In this document: one piece after another, positions 29,179 to 41,791 of the stretch | Numbering within the stretch: the first letter of the stretch is position 1 | How the letters are laid out: each line of letters opens with the position of its first letter | Assembly (NCBI GenBank): GCA_002633005.1 | Contig: NMRA01000008.1 | Span: 688,985-752,984, forward strand | DNA: 64,000 nucleotides | DNA from: Phoronis australis | Lineage: Eukaryota; Animalia; Phoronida | Direction: 5' to 3' | The notes under the pieces: generated by a model | The model's input: the letters and a program-made list of their open reading frames with translations, nothing else | Told to the model about the DNA's origin: nothing | Databases searched by the model: none | Translations under genes and position numbers: made by a program

Positions 29179-30367
29179 CAAAAGCGTACGCAGAGACTTC
29201 CGTTTGCCTGTCCTCAGGGAAGTAAACCAACATCTTATTCACTTCTATGATCTAAAATTAAACACCATTCTATCTATTTAACTTTCTATTACAATTAAAC
29301 TTTTTTTCGTCCCAAACGCATTTATAATAAACTCACCTATAGTATTTTTGGATCACATGTTAAAAAGTAGTTTGGATTTACAGATGCAAGTCAAATAACC
29401 GGCTATCAGCGAGTCGTAAAACCAAGCTGCTTATAGAAAACAACCGCAATAAGGGACAATAAATAACCGTATATGTTGCATTCATACGACCACAACAGAG
29501 CAAAAGTGGGAAATAATAGGTACTAAATGAAATTCTTTCGCCCTGACTGACCAGCTAGGTTATTAATGACTCTGTCTTGGTTGTTGCGCAGTCTACGGGA
29601 TGACGCACGTTAAACTGGCATTGCCATGACACCCGTTATCATCGCAACATCGTCATGACGAGCATCATTTTGTCAGACCGATAGTGATAGCGCGCAACAT
29701 TGTTATGTGATTAACCAATAGAACATGAAGGGAATGAAGACGCCAGAGTTATAATTTCAATAATTGGTGCCGCTCTGTCATTACAGAGATTGGCCTTTGC
29801 ACGCTTGCAGATCGGTACAAATCTCAGAAAAAACATGAAACTCCCGTACGCGTATGGCCCAAAATGCACGGTGGGGTTCCCTGAACTGGGGCGCCATCTA
29901 TCAGTAACACAGGAGATCAATTTCTGAAATTCCGTCCGCCCACCCAATAAACACATGGATGTATGAGACCAAGGGCAACTCATTCATTTTTGAGAATTAA
30001 GTCTCCTTTTATCGGAGCTCTAAAGAAATTTTGCTCACGTTTGACAGTCACTGTTTAAAGTAATGACGTGCTGGTTTTCAAAATTAACTGCACAATCAGA
30101 AACAAAAACACAATTTTGAATATTGAATATGTGCACACCAACGACGTTTTCTAAAAATCGACTTAGAGATAATTAACATCCTGCTTACAAACAGATTTCC
30201 CGTTCAGGTCTTCTATCGGTTCAACTGTTCCATTAAAACATTTAAATATGTGAAATCCTTTCACACGAAAACGTCAACTTCCATTGAACTCGCCACACGC
30301 GGAACTAGGCCATATGTACCCGTCAGTTCATATCTCAGTGACCGTACACAACCCTTTATCAGCTTGT

Positions 30368-33300
30368 TTACAGTATGTTACAAATGGCCGCCTCCAGGAA
30401 ACGTTTCCTCTCACGACTTCGGTAACCTTTCTTCAGTCGCTGGTCCATGGCTACCACGTCTAAGTCCAGCTTATTACCCTCCCTCTGCAAAAGAGCAGTC
30501 GTGTTAGTGAATGCTGCGCGTGAACTTGGAATCTTGCGTAATCTCAAGATCACGTGCGCGTGAACTTGGAATACACGAGGAAACTTGACTAGTTCACTCT
30601 AATAATCACGCTCACGTTGATAAAAGTTTGCACTGCTCTAAATCAAATTATATGTTAATAAAATAACGTAAATTTGAACCAATCGTTTTTCAACTATTGG
30701 CGATCTTATTAACCAAACAATAATTGATTCAACCATTCCTTTGAGTCTTTAACAGTTAAGTAAAAGATAAAATGGGTGCTCATGAGGCCAACAATTGCAA
30801 AATTTTTTAAACTGAACCAAAAAATTTCACTTGATTTCCCAACTGAATATTCAATTCCAATTCAATTCCATACGCAAGATTCCAAGCTCGCACACAGCAT
30901 GAGCACTCGACTCCTTAATTTCCGACCCACAATAGCAAAGAACGTCAACGACTACTGAGCGTTCACTTTTCATGTTTAGAGGGCATCGGACAAAGTGATA
31001 TCAGTTTTGTTGGTTCGAATTTCTTGACCCCTTCAAAATTTTAAAATGTGTTTTACCTGACTAGCCATCAAATGCCTATGATCGTCACGAATTGTTCTCT
31101 TCAGTTGCCGCTCGTCCATCTTTTCTTTCTGCATGTTATAAATTTCTGTCTGTTTGTCGACGCACGCCATAGCAAACATGCGAAACTCTTTGTAGTCAAT
31201 TTCCTTAAAGAATTGTTTTCTGGATCAGACTAAGTCATGACATAGCAGGGAAGGCTATGATGGAAAATTCCCCTCAAAGCATTAATGATGAATTTTGATA
31301 ATCAAATATACAGAGGCCCGTTCCAAGTAACCAACTTAAGATCGTTTGTCTCAACCTCCGAACTTTAACGTCTACATTCGATAGGTTACGTCAACAAAGT
31401 TCAACTAGAAAGCCTAATTCAAACTTTTAAGAGCATTTTCTTGTGATTTCTGGAAAATGATTGATGTTACACACAATTCTTGTAAATGAATGACAGTAAA
31501 CACGAGGCACGATCAACAATAATTGTGGCAGATATAAATGCGGGCTATTATATGGACATGAGAAAAATAATATGTGTGCAACCAAGACAGTGCCAGAAAA
31601 TGGGACACTTATATTCCCAGTGGTCCCTCGCAAATAACATGCATAATGAAAGACGCGAAGACGGACAAAAATATACAAAACAGTGATCATAAAGCGAAAA
31701 ACAGGTATTTTCAGTCATAGACAGAAAGCATGATAAAAATGAACAAATTATAAAAAGACGCAAACACTAAATAGAAAAGTAAATAAAAACACACGGGTAA
31801 GAGTAAAATAGGAAAGAAAAATTAAAGGTGCGACAGCGATAACAACTAATTTTCATATAGTGTTTGATTTTATTATTATATCCGAAAATTTCAGTGATCC
31901 ATTTTTGTTGTTTTATTTAGGTATATTTCGTCAGGCAAGAAATTTTAAACTGTTCCGCGGCAGTATCAATTCAATGGTTAAGCTTTTTCAAAGGGTAATG
32001 TTAGTGTAACTATTTTTAAAAAAGATATCAGTCCAAAAGATTTCAACAGAGAGCTTGACCTTCGACGTGTAATAATAATGTACATCTCTTGTGTATGTCG
32101 AATATCAATTTCAACAGTTAGGGGCAGTGCCATACAACATAATATATAATGTATTATTGAGCATGTGAATTCTAACTGTTCCACACGGACGGTACCGGAT
32201 AAAAATCTCCTTTGTCCTGGAGATAGGAAAACTCATTACATTAGCCTCGTTTTAGAAATAGGCAGCTGAGTCTAGGAATGTCGGAAAATATCGCATCCAT
32301 GGAGAATTTTCAAGTTCATCCAGCTTTCCGGAGTGAGTCGCAGACGTCAGCGGAGCAGTAAACAAAGCTTGAAAAACTTGAGAAACTCCAATGGCGCGAT
32401 AACGAGGCTAAACTAGTGCTCATGGGAAGTTAAAGCATAGTGAGATACAGTGAAAATCAAGTATTGCTAGGTAACCAGGGCCGCCCTGTTGGTGGAAGCC
32501 CAACCTCTGTGAACTGGGTTCTGCCTACGTGAGAGATATACCAGGTGAGCTATTTGAAATCTCTTTTTGGACGCCATACTGATACTGAAGCACCTAGCCC
32601 CTACACATAACCGCCTTGTCCATGGAATCGACATTTGAAGGTGTCAATATCAGACATTGCTGTTTTAGCTCGTTTTTACCTGCTTTAATTTTGAGCAAAT
32701 ACCAGTGGCCCGTTCCATCAAAACTGACTTAGCTAAGACAAATCTTAAATTTTAGTAAATTTTAAGAAAAAACTTAAATTCTTAAATTGGTCTTGAGACT
32801 GTTTTCAGCAAGAGATCCTAAGTTTGAATTAAGTTTTTGATAAAAGTTCAGTCTTAATTTTAACTATCTGACCGGATGTGGAATTTTCAAAGTATGGAAG
32901 TTAAGACAAATCTTAGACTTAAATCAAAAATGAACTTAAGTCAGTTTCTTAGAACGGCCCCAGTAAAATATGAACAGTGTTTTCTTGAATATTTAATAAA
33001 TCTGTATGCGTCATCGCTTCACGATGTGAAATTTCACGCGCAAGTGGTAAGTTTTGGAGCGTGCTTTACAGTGTTTATCTACTTTTTGTTCCTTTAGGTG
33101 CTACTCTAGTTAAAACTGAGGGAATTGTTGAGAGGGGGGAGGGCGGGAGAAATAACATTCAAATAGGTCCAGTAAGCCTAAACAGAACAACTAAAACTAC
33201 TCAACAAAGGAGCGGCAGCGGTTGCAATACTTGAGTTTACCTTTCTTTATGTTGCGATTAACCGATCTCTGTCATTCAAAGATTAAAATTAAATAACTTT

Positions 33301-36300
33301 TAATGACATATTTAGTTTTTATAGACCGCACGCCAAAATGGCTTGAACTACGTGTAGGCACTGTTATCTATGGCAGCGAGGAGCTGTGGTAACTTGCTAT
33401 TAAACTCCCATAACCTGTAAGAAGAAATTCACAGCGTCGGAGAGAATACGGCCGCGTTAAGTGTTAATTGTAATTGAATTTGGAAAAAACACCTGTAAAT
33501 CAGGGGACGAGTCAGGCAGCTGGAGCTGAGCCGAACGGCATGACAAAGACATTTTTCATAAGTTGGTGGCGATTTGGGTTGGGGGCTGGCGGCATGGCGA
33601 AATTTGTGACAATCAGGGTCTCAAGATCAATTATCGCGCTTGTGGACGCGTGCGCCTAAGTTTCGCTTACAGGCGCAGGTCCTTTGTACAGGCGCATGTC
33701 TTCCTTTGGATGCAAATGCACATGCATTGTCCTCGAAAATGCGCACCCGTCTTGCTAATGCGAAACATTTTTACGCGACTTGGTTTCACAGTGCATTTCC
33801 TAAATTATAACTTCTGCTTGAAAATTACAGTGTCCGGACAATTTATTTTGTTCTTAAACCTGTTATTAGGTGGAACTTAGTCGTTATCAATAATATCCAC
33901 AGTCGAACTCAATTCTGAAATAAAGTTCGTTTGGGCCTATAATTTTAGGTCACGCTTGATGTGTTGAGAAGAAATAGCAGGTAACAGTTCGTTTCAGTGG
34001 CTAAGTGTTGAAAATTGGATTTAATGTTTTCATATTTGAAAAGGCTGAACAAAACTGGTACATAATTGAATGAATCATAAGTGAATATCGTAAACTGTTT
34101 GAAGGATATTAAAAAATGTTTGATCGACTTCCCATTAATTAACTGTGAGTAAAATACTTAAATTGATTTTCGTTTTTATCAAGCTACATTGTAAACGGGG
34201 CGGAATGTAGCATTAAGAGTTTAAACTGAAGTTCCAAGCTAATTACGTATACATGCAGTACCACATGTATTATTGGTGTTTTTAGTAATTTCTGTTAAAA
34301 ACCTATAAAGGGTACATCGCAGAAGTGGCTCTACCATTCCACATTCGGATCATGTGTATTGAACCAACCTTCTAAACCAGGTGTCCCAATACGTTAACTA
34401 AAATATTCTAAATTATGAGTAAAACTAAATGGGTTGACTGGAAGCTAACAGCGTTTTTCTTATTCCAGGAATCTCAAAGTTTGTTTTGAAACGCGTAAAA
34501 GTGCCCTAGTTTTGGAGAGAACAAACTTTTTTAGTTTTAGCATCAAACGCTATCAGTTTTGCAGATCCAACGCTGATATTAAACATTTTCAGCAAACCTG
34601 ATGGCGGAGAGCAAATAACAAAACTGTTTCTGAATTTTCTACAGTAGAGTATCAATGTCAACCAAAGAATACAATAGCAGTCAAAAGAGCAGTTCTCTTT
34701 CTGTGAAACATGCAAAGGCTGTAAGGAGGTCAGCAGTGCAGAGCCTGAAAAATCAAAATTTGTTCTGCAATTAGAGACGCCAACTTTAAGACTTCTTCCT
34801 AACTTTTGTGCCTTTTAATAAAAGCTTTGAAACTCCTGGTTTGCCATAGGTAGGTCCAGAGGGGAGTCAAGGAGATCTGCCCCCCTTTTAATTTGATTTC
34901 ATAGAATTTTTAAATTGTTGACTTCAGTGCACCCCTCTTTTTAAAAATCCTTGATCTGACCCCCCCTTTTGAAAAATCCTGGATCCGCCAGTGTTTTCTG
35001 GTATTTATATATCAGAATATTTTTGAAAGTCGCAGGAACGCCCTATTCAGTATAATCCTACGTCTTATCAATGAATTGTAGTTAGCGGGGAGTCGTTATT
35101 TCAGTCTGCAAATTGGAAAACCGTATACTAGGTACCTGGTCACCGGAGACATCGAACTCCCGAAATATGTCGCGAATTGCAGCCCCGTGAAAGTTGAAGA
35201 GAAAGCCAAAGTTTTCAAACTCCCAGCCAGAGATGTCACCAGAACAGTCCTCATCCAATAAGTCAAATACCGCCCTAGAGTGGCGGTAGATAAACTGCTT
35301 TTCCTTGCCATCCTACAGGGGCATAAATGTATAAGTTGGTATGTGTTGTGTTATTACCGGGCTTAGCTTTACATGGGCTACGTACATAGGCAGTGTATAT
35401 GGACGTGCCGCAGAGAAATTCATTCAGATTTCTAATGACAGGATGTTGTTCATTTCAGTACTCTTTTGTGGGTTAGGAACTCTTCAATATGGTGTATTTC
35501 AGATGCAATAAAGCTCTGCACGGGTGTTTCTTTCTCTTAAGGCTCTGTAGAACCCTAGAGCACCCAACTTTGACTGCATCCTGAACACCTCAGAAATGCT
35601 GATAGGATTTACATGGATATTTCATACACTCCGAATTTTATTATGCAGTTATGTTCTCTAAAATGCTGACAGGAATTGATTTTAAAATGTTCCGCTTTTG
35701 CCATAAGTGACTATAAAAACACGACTTTCATGATAAAAAACCTAAGTTGCATAAAACGAAAACAAAATGTTGTTTTTAGAAAAGTGTAACAACATTTTTG
35801 AAATTTCATCTTAAACAAATAAAATTTGGTCATGCTATTGATACCGTTGTTAAGCTATATTATTTTTTGGATAATTTTTTTAAATATACATAGTTACGTA
35901 ACCCAATTAAATGTCAGATAGATGACTTTTTACTTTCATAACGTGTAAAGTTTTGTTGTAGATATTTGGCTAAACACGCGGACTTGTCAATCAGGACGTA
36001 GTTTGTGGAAATAACTAAACCATAGACCAAAGCATTGGTTACTACTGAATTAAATAAAGTGGACGTTTGTACAAAGTTTATGGGATACTTATATCTACGC
36101 AAGAGTGAGCGTTTTATGGTTTATAACAAAGAACATCGTCACCGGCACTTGTATTGGTACTAACTCTCTTGCGGATTGGATTTCTGTCTTGACAACTCTA
36201 CAAAAGATGTATTCTCATTTCCAAGCCGAGTGGTACACCGAGTCAAAATACAGGCGCGTACCAACTGAGGCAGTTTTTCGGGGGCTGGGTTCAGAACCTG

Positions 36301-38339
36301 GGACAACTCTTGCAGTTCAAAAAAGAGTATTGGACAGAACAATCCAATTTTCTTGATGAGGCATGTCACATTATTAGTTTCTTCGTTCTTTAGCTTTTCG
36401 TGCACAGTCGGTAATGTTCGGAAAACGAAGAATTGATTATTACGATAACATGATTGGGCAGTGTTAGAGTGGATGACAGCGCTACCGTACCTGAACAGAT
36501 AACAATATGCACATAAGTAAGTAAAATTCATCAAAGCTGATCTCTCCAGACCCATCCAAATCCAACATCTCAAACACCCTGTAAATCTCGTCTGTGGACA
36601 GGTCGGTCACGTGGTGCATCAGCTCCACGAATTGTAAGTCTACAATGATAAACGCGTAATATGATAATTACTTCATAGATGACAGCTTCGACGATAAAAT
36701 TTTAAAATGATGAAAAATTGAGAGATAGGGCCTGCGTTTGGACATTTGAAAAGGGATTCTCCGAGTTAAAGTGACCAGAACTAGAACGCTCATTGTGACC
36801 CTCAAACGTCCAAACGATATAGCTACTAGCAACTTTTGAGTTGAAGTTGCATTTCGCCCTGCTTGGTTGGCTGGACAAATAAGTAGCATGTTTACCGTCA
36901 ACATTAAATGAAATTAGTTTCATAATATTCCCCATATTGATTCCGTTACCAAGAGTAACATGGAAACCGCCAATGACTCAAGAAAAACTCTTAGAGTTAC
37001 TGGGCAACCTTGAAATTGAAATTTCGAAAACGGCGCGTGTACGCATTGCTTAGGACTCTGGTTGGTAACGGAAATAGAATTCTTTCACCGTAAGAAACTT
37101 TATGAGAGGGGATCAGAGTTAAAGGCGTATATTCATTCCTTGCTTTTAACCAGCTTAATTAGGCCAAGTGCGGCTTTAAAAGTGTAGGACAGCTTATTTG
37201 ATCAGGAGGATCTAGAACCGGGTTCTCATACGTTTTTCAAATTCGGACTCAAAATTGGTTTTAGCAGATCCCATTCTACTTGTATGCGAACTCAAACTAA
37301 GTATCTGTTATTCTGTGCTTGAGCATATGTAGCTTACATGTAGCCTACATGTAGCCTACGTGTAGCCTACATGTTTCCTGCGTGTAGCCTACATGTAGCC
37401 TACATCTAGCCTACGTGTAGCCTACATGTAGCCTGCGTGGCTAACTATCTAATTACAGTGCGCACTTCTAAAAGTTCGAGACCGAGCGCGAAATTTCCAG
37501 ATTTTACACGAGATTGTAGCTCGAATCCAGGGGGAGACAACTGAAAACTTCGACTAGAAACCATAATGAACTGAGCACAGACATAACGGGAAATGCCAAA
37601 CAAACTTTGAGTTCGATTTCGAGTACAAGACTCTACCCCGGTTCCTGATGTGTGCAAATATAGGAAAGTAGCGACGTCGATCGTGACACGGTCGTGTAAA
37701 TCCGATTAAGGCTACGTATGAGAACCTCGAAAATGTCCAAATTTGTCAAACTTTGGAAAACCAAATCTCTCTAACGGTTGATCGGATTTATATGAAACTT
37801 TTAGATATCATATCTTATGTACTGTTCTGGCTGGCCATGTTCTCCATTACGCTGTTACTCGTTTTTAAAGTTTTCCACCTCTGCATGAGGGACTACCAAA
37901 AAGGGAACTCATAGGTTGGATCAAAGAAAATCATGCGAAATGGCAGTTTAGAAACAGCCTTTTTTGATATTTTACCTTGAGCATTTATATCGAACAAAAT
38001 TGGTCATGTTATCGATACCCTACCGTCTTTTTGCTAAATTATACTAAAAAGACAGATTAGTATAAATTCAACAATCAAATTCTACAAAATTTTCTACTTT
38101 CAGAAAATACACACTTCTACTAAGTTAAAATCTATTGTTTTGTAGACATTAGGCTAAGTACGCCGATAAGGTCCTACATGCCCAAGAGACGACAAATATC
38201 AGATACCATTAAGCTGCTTCTGGCAGTGAATGTCAATGAGTTGGAAGAACATCTTCAGCACCATTACACCACGTACATGCAGGAGACTGTAAATCTTGTC
38301 GAGGTGCAAAAATTTGAACAGGTCACAGTGAACTTTCAT
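30368..38339 (-). CDS. EFCAB9: EF-hand calcium-binding protein, EFCAB9-like (CatSper-associated Ca2+ sensor family), 5 coding exons, ~240 aa
   Basis: Minus-strand exons: 38339-38207 (MKVHCDLFKFLHLDKIYSLLHVRGVMVLKMFFQLIDIHCQKQLN), 36639-36491 (DLQFVELMHHVTDLSTDEIYRVFEMLDLDGSGEISFDEFYLLMCILLSVQ), 35312-35136 (DGKEKQFIYRHSRAVFDLLDEDCSGDISGWEFENFGFLFNFHGAAIRDIFREFDVSGDQ), 31203-31057 (EIDYKEFRMFAMACVDKQ...) and 30484-30368 (REGNK...CNIL*). All junctions are GT-AG, phases 1,0,0,0; total 723 nt. The motifs LDKIY, HHVTDL and F.YRHSR.VFDLLD match vertebrate EFCAB9 as I recall it. The last exon is less certain than the first four. Confidence 0.88.
30511..30900. mobile_element. MITE-like element with ~30-bp TIRs in EFCAB9-like intron 4
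   Basis: CTTGGAATCTTGCGTA (30525-30540) is the exact reverse complement of TACGCAAGATTCCAAG (30871-30886). The similarity extends outward (ATGCTG.G...GA.CTTGG). Confidence 0.6.
32707..32961. mobile_element. MITE with imperfect TIRs
   Basis: GGCCCGTTCCATCAAAACTGACTTAG ... CTTAAGTCAGTTTCTTAGAACGGCCC. The internal TAAGACAAATCTTA is repeated. Confidence 0.55.
34845..34993. mobile_element. ~150-bp MITE (GGCGGATCCAG family), copy 2
   Basis: Homologous to 20790-20946; right end CCTGGATCCGCCAGTG. Confidence 0.65.
37221..37726. mobile_element. MITE with 13-bp TIRs carrying an internal 11-bp minisatellite
   Basis: GGTTCTCATACGT (37221-37233) and ACGTATGAGAACC (37714-37726). About 10 copies of ATGTAGCCTAC at ~37326-37440. 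Confidence 0.7.
37727..38110 (+). repeat. Interspersed repeat family (also ~56198-56580; inverted fragment ~47775-47848; fragment ~35810-35850)
   Basis: The blocks GAAAATGTCCAAATTTG, ATCGGATT..TATGAAACTTT.AGAT and AACAAAAT(T)TGGTC are shared with 56208-56470. Confidence 0.6.
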
Positions 38340-41300
38340 GTTGTTCAAAATACGGACACTGTCCTTAAATACAGCAACGTGAGAAGATTAGCAATTTTCA
38401 GTCGCTCGTGGTGCAGATCGCTCGCGCAATGAGTGGAGCAGTCTGCACTGACATGAGCTGTATGTTCAAATTGTAAAATTAATATTCATAGCCAATCAAC
38501 TCAGACTCGGATTCAGGTTTGATTAGAAACTACTGAGCTAATCTTTTCTCGATGTTCAAATTTGCTCTGACATTCAGTTTCACCAAATGAGCACATTTAG
38601 AGTCATACATATCGCATACAAAGCTGCAACTTCGTCAAAAATCGAACTAAGCCTTTTACTCTCATGAAATCGCATGGGTATGAATTCAAACATCAAATTT
38701 TCCGTGATTTCTACTTTAAACAATATATACTTTTACTGAGGTAAATTCCATTCGTTCATAGATATTTGTGTATGTCTAATTATATTCTTGAAGTTAAGGT
38801 CTTACATATTTTTAATAAGGTCCAGTCCTGGATGGGTGCCAGTTTCTTCACCCAAACAATAGTCCTAAACTAGTCCCAGGAATTTGAACCCATCATGATG
38901 TTTTGGATTTCGGGTCACCGGTAAAGGAACATTTTCGGTGCTGTGTGAAGTTTAGAGGTGCGGGTCTGAGATTTGTATCGCGGGTTTATGTTGTTGCTCC
39001 GGGACTTGGGTTTAGCTGAAATTTACAGACACAGCCATGGAATCGTTTGCTGGTTCTCCTTGTAAGAGATCAATTGAGGGTAACGTAAACTAATACGTCA
39101 CTGACAGAACAAGGATGAAGGGTTTATCGATTTGACACACTCCATAGTTGAAGATCTTTTTGGCCGGGTAACTAATGCGAAGACTTCCTTTTACTTCAAT
39201 CACTGAAACTTTCTTCATCATGACTGAAAAAATGAGTGGCGACAGTTTCGAAGTGTGCTAATCCAAGTCACGAAAGGGGATGTTTTCGGCACGGTCAGTG
39301 TCTGGTATAGATTTCTAGCACTTATAACTGATCACGAGTAATGAGAACAAAATTAAGGTAGAGTTCATACAATACACAACTTTCAATTTTCATAGTTTTC
39401 AACCTCACGTTTTAAAATTTATCTTCAGTACAGAAATAGTTTACAATAGAGCTCAAGTTACAGTGGCGGATCTAGGATATCACAAGGGGGGGCCCAACAT
39501 TTTGTCCGGTTGGAAGCATTTGCGCAAACTGAACCACGAATGTNGCTTGTAGTGTCTATTTTACAGTGATATAACAACAAATGCCTTCTTGAACGATATC
39601 ATGCTACACAACAAGTGTAGACAAATTTGAAAGCATAATGCGAATAGAAAACCAAACTGAAGTGTCGCATATCTGTAAATTCATTTATTGTGCATTCAAA
39701 AGGAGAGGGGGAAAGTGGTCAGTTCCTATTAATGTTTACTTTCGTGCTACGTTACTTGATTTTGTAGATTTAACGTATTATAACTAGGATTATTGTCACG
39801 GTGCGACATTAATAGACTCCGCGTTAGCGTTTTACTGGAATTGGTATGGAGAGTTGTGATAATAATCCCTTAGACGGCCGTAACCAACATTAAAAAGAAT
39901 TCTTTAAAGCTGCAGGAGAAATTACACGTAGATAATTTGCCGACCTTTGCACTACTTGACCCCTTCTGGGGCATTATGAGCCCTGATGAGGGAATAAGTG
40001 CAAACTCGATATGAAAAGTTTGGTTGGCTAAGAATCAAAGATGTCTTACATTAGGCAAAAATGCACCTAATGACCCCATGGTTTCACTAAAAGACTTTAG
40101 AATTGGAACTCAATTACATGTACCAAGCAGACAGGCAAATTTGAAGTGTCTAGCTCAAAATCTTAGTTTGCACTCAATGACATTTGACCTATCTTCCTGA
40201 TCGGAGAGTGGGATTGCTCAGTAAAGTAATGCATTTGACTGGCATGTACACTCACACCAGTGATTTCCATGAGATTAACAATTTTATTTCTGAAAAATTA
40301 GAGAAAAGACCTAGACCCCACAGTAAATTACAGGTACTAGATTAGATACATTTCGGTCTAAAGAACAAATGAGCAACCATGGATGATGTCTGTTATGTCA
40401 TCAATGTCTTTCATTTACGGAATCATTAATAGCCAACAACAAAGTTTGTTCAAAATCCACAAGCAAAGAAAAATAGCTGAATTATCAAAGAAAAGAATAA
40501 TAATCTGTCTAATGCAAATAAGATGCAATTCTACATACACTTATGTCAGTTCGTTAGTTCCTAGGTTTTGTTGACTTTTACTAAACATATCAATAATCTA
40601 CAAATTGAAGCTGACATGAACTTAGACTTAAATAATTGTGACAAAAACCAGTCCTACACATATATAAAACTTGATATTTCTTTTACAGGGTTCCTGCCCA
40701 CTGTGAAATCTCTATAGTCAACATTTTCCAAGAAATACAGATTCTGCATTATGATTTTAAAAATAAAATCATACTATTTATCAAGGCCAATAACCAATCC
40801 ATTACTATAATCCTTCATTTATTTAGGATACAATATGGCGAACATGTGGAATTATAATTTTTCAGCATTCTTAGCCAAAACAAACATTGGGATAATTCCA
40901 CCCTGTTGCTAGCATCTAGTTAACATACAACATCTGCTGAAATTTATTATCACTTAATTGTAGTCACATACACGCAATCTCACTTGGTTGTTAAACTGGC
41001 CATCTGTAATTTATAGTACACTTGTGGTACCTAAAAATATCCTTATTTCACAACCTTCAATCTCATAATTGGAAGAACATTATACTCTTTTACTCCAACC
41101 AACAACAATGGGACACAACAGCTTTTGAAAAAGCTAAAAGACAGACAAGGTATCTCTTATCCTGATGTCTAAGTGTCTATTTCTTGCATCACTTCTTACA
41201 CAGCATTCACAAATATACAACTGTCTTCATCACCAGAATTAAAATAGCTGACAAAATGTATTGTTAAAAAAATAGATCAATAATCTCATAATTCTGTACT

Positions 41301-41791
41301 TTTGATTCGGCACATTCCTATAAATACTAGAATGGCTACAGTTTCTTCTGTTTTCACAACTTTTTCCAAAGAGTTTTTCCTCCTAATATCAAAATTCCAC
41401 GCCGAGTACAAAATACAGTCTTCCCTGATGATAATCACATTTCAGTCATTAGGGCACTGTCACACCAAAGGGATTTTCAGGTGTGCTTTCTGAAATGGAG
41501 GAAAAATGAGTGGCGCTGTGCAATCAGAGCAAAAATCATGTGGATGGCGTCGCAACCAAGCAGTCCTTTTCCACCTGTCTGCAGCCCATTCATCAAGATG
41601 CTCTGACAATTTTCAGATGTTCTGACAATAAGTTTAGATTGACAGAGTCTCAAGTGGTTATAAAACTGCAAGCAATTTGACTGACCGACTTGCTGCCATT
41701 AACACCCACGGTCTTTCTTGTGAATGACCTTTCAAGAGATTAACAGACCAACATTTCAGCTGACATGTGAATGTGGCATGAGACAAGACAA

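Noticed and set aside
38800-39330. Exon-like sequence upstream of the EFCAB9-like start
   Set aside because: Splice-like signals exist, but there is no sustained ORF or recognisable protein. It may be UTR and cannot be supported without transcripts.
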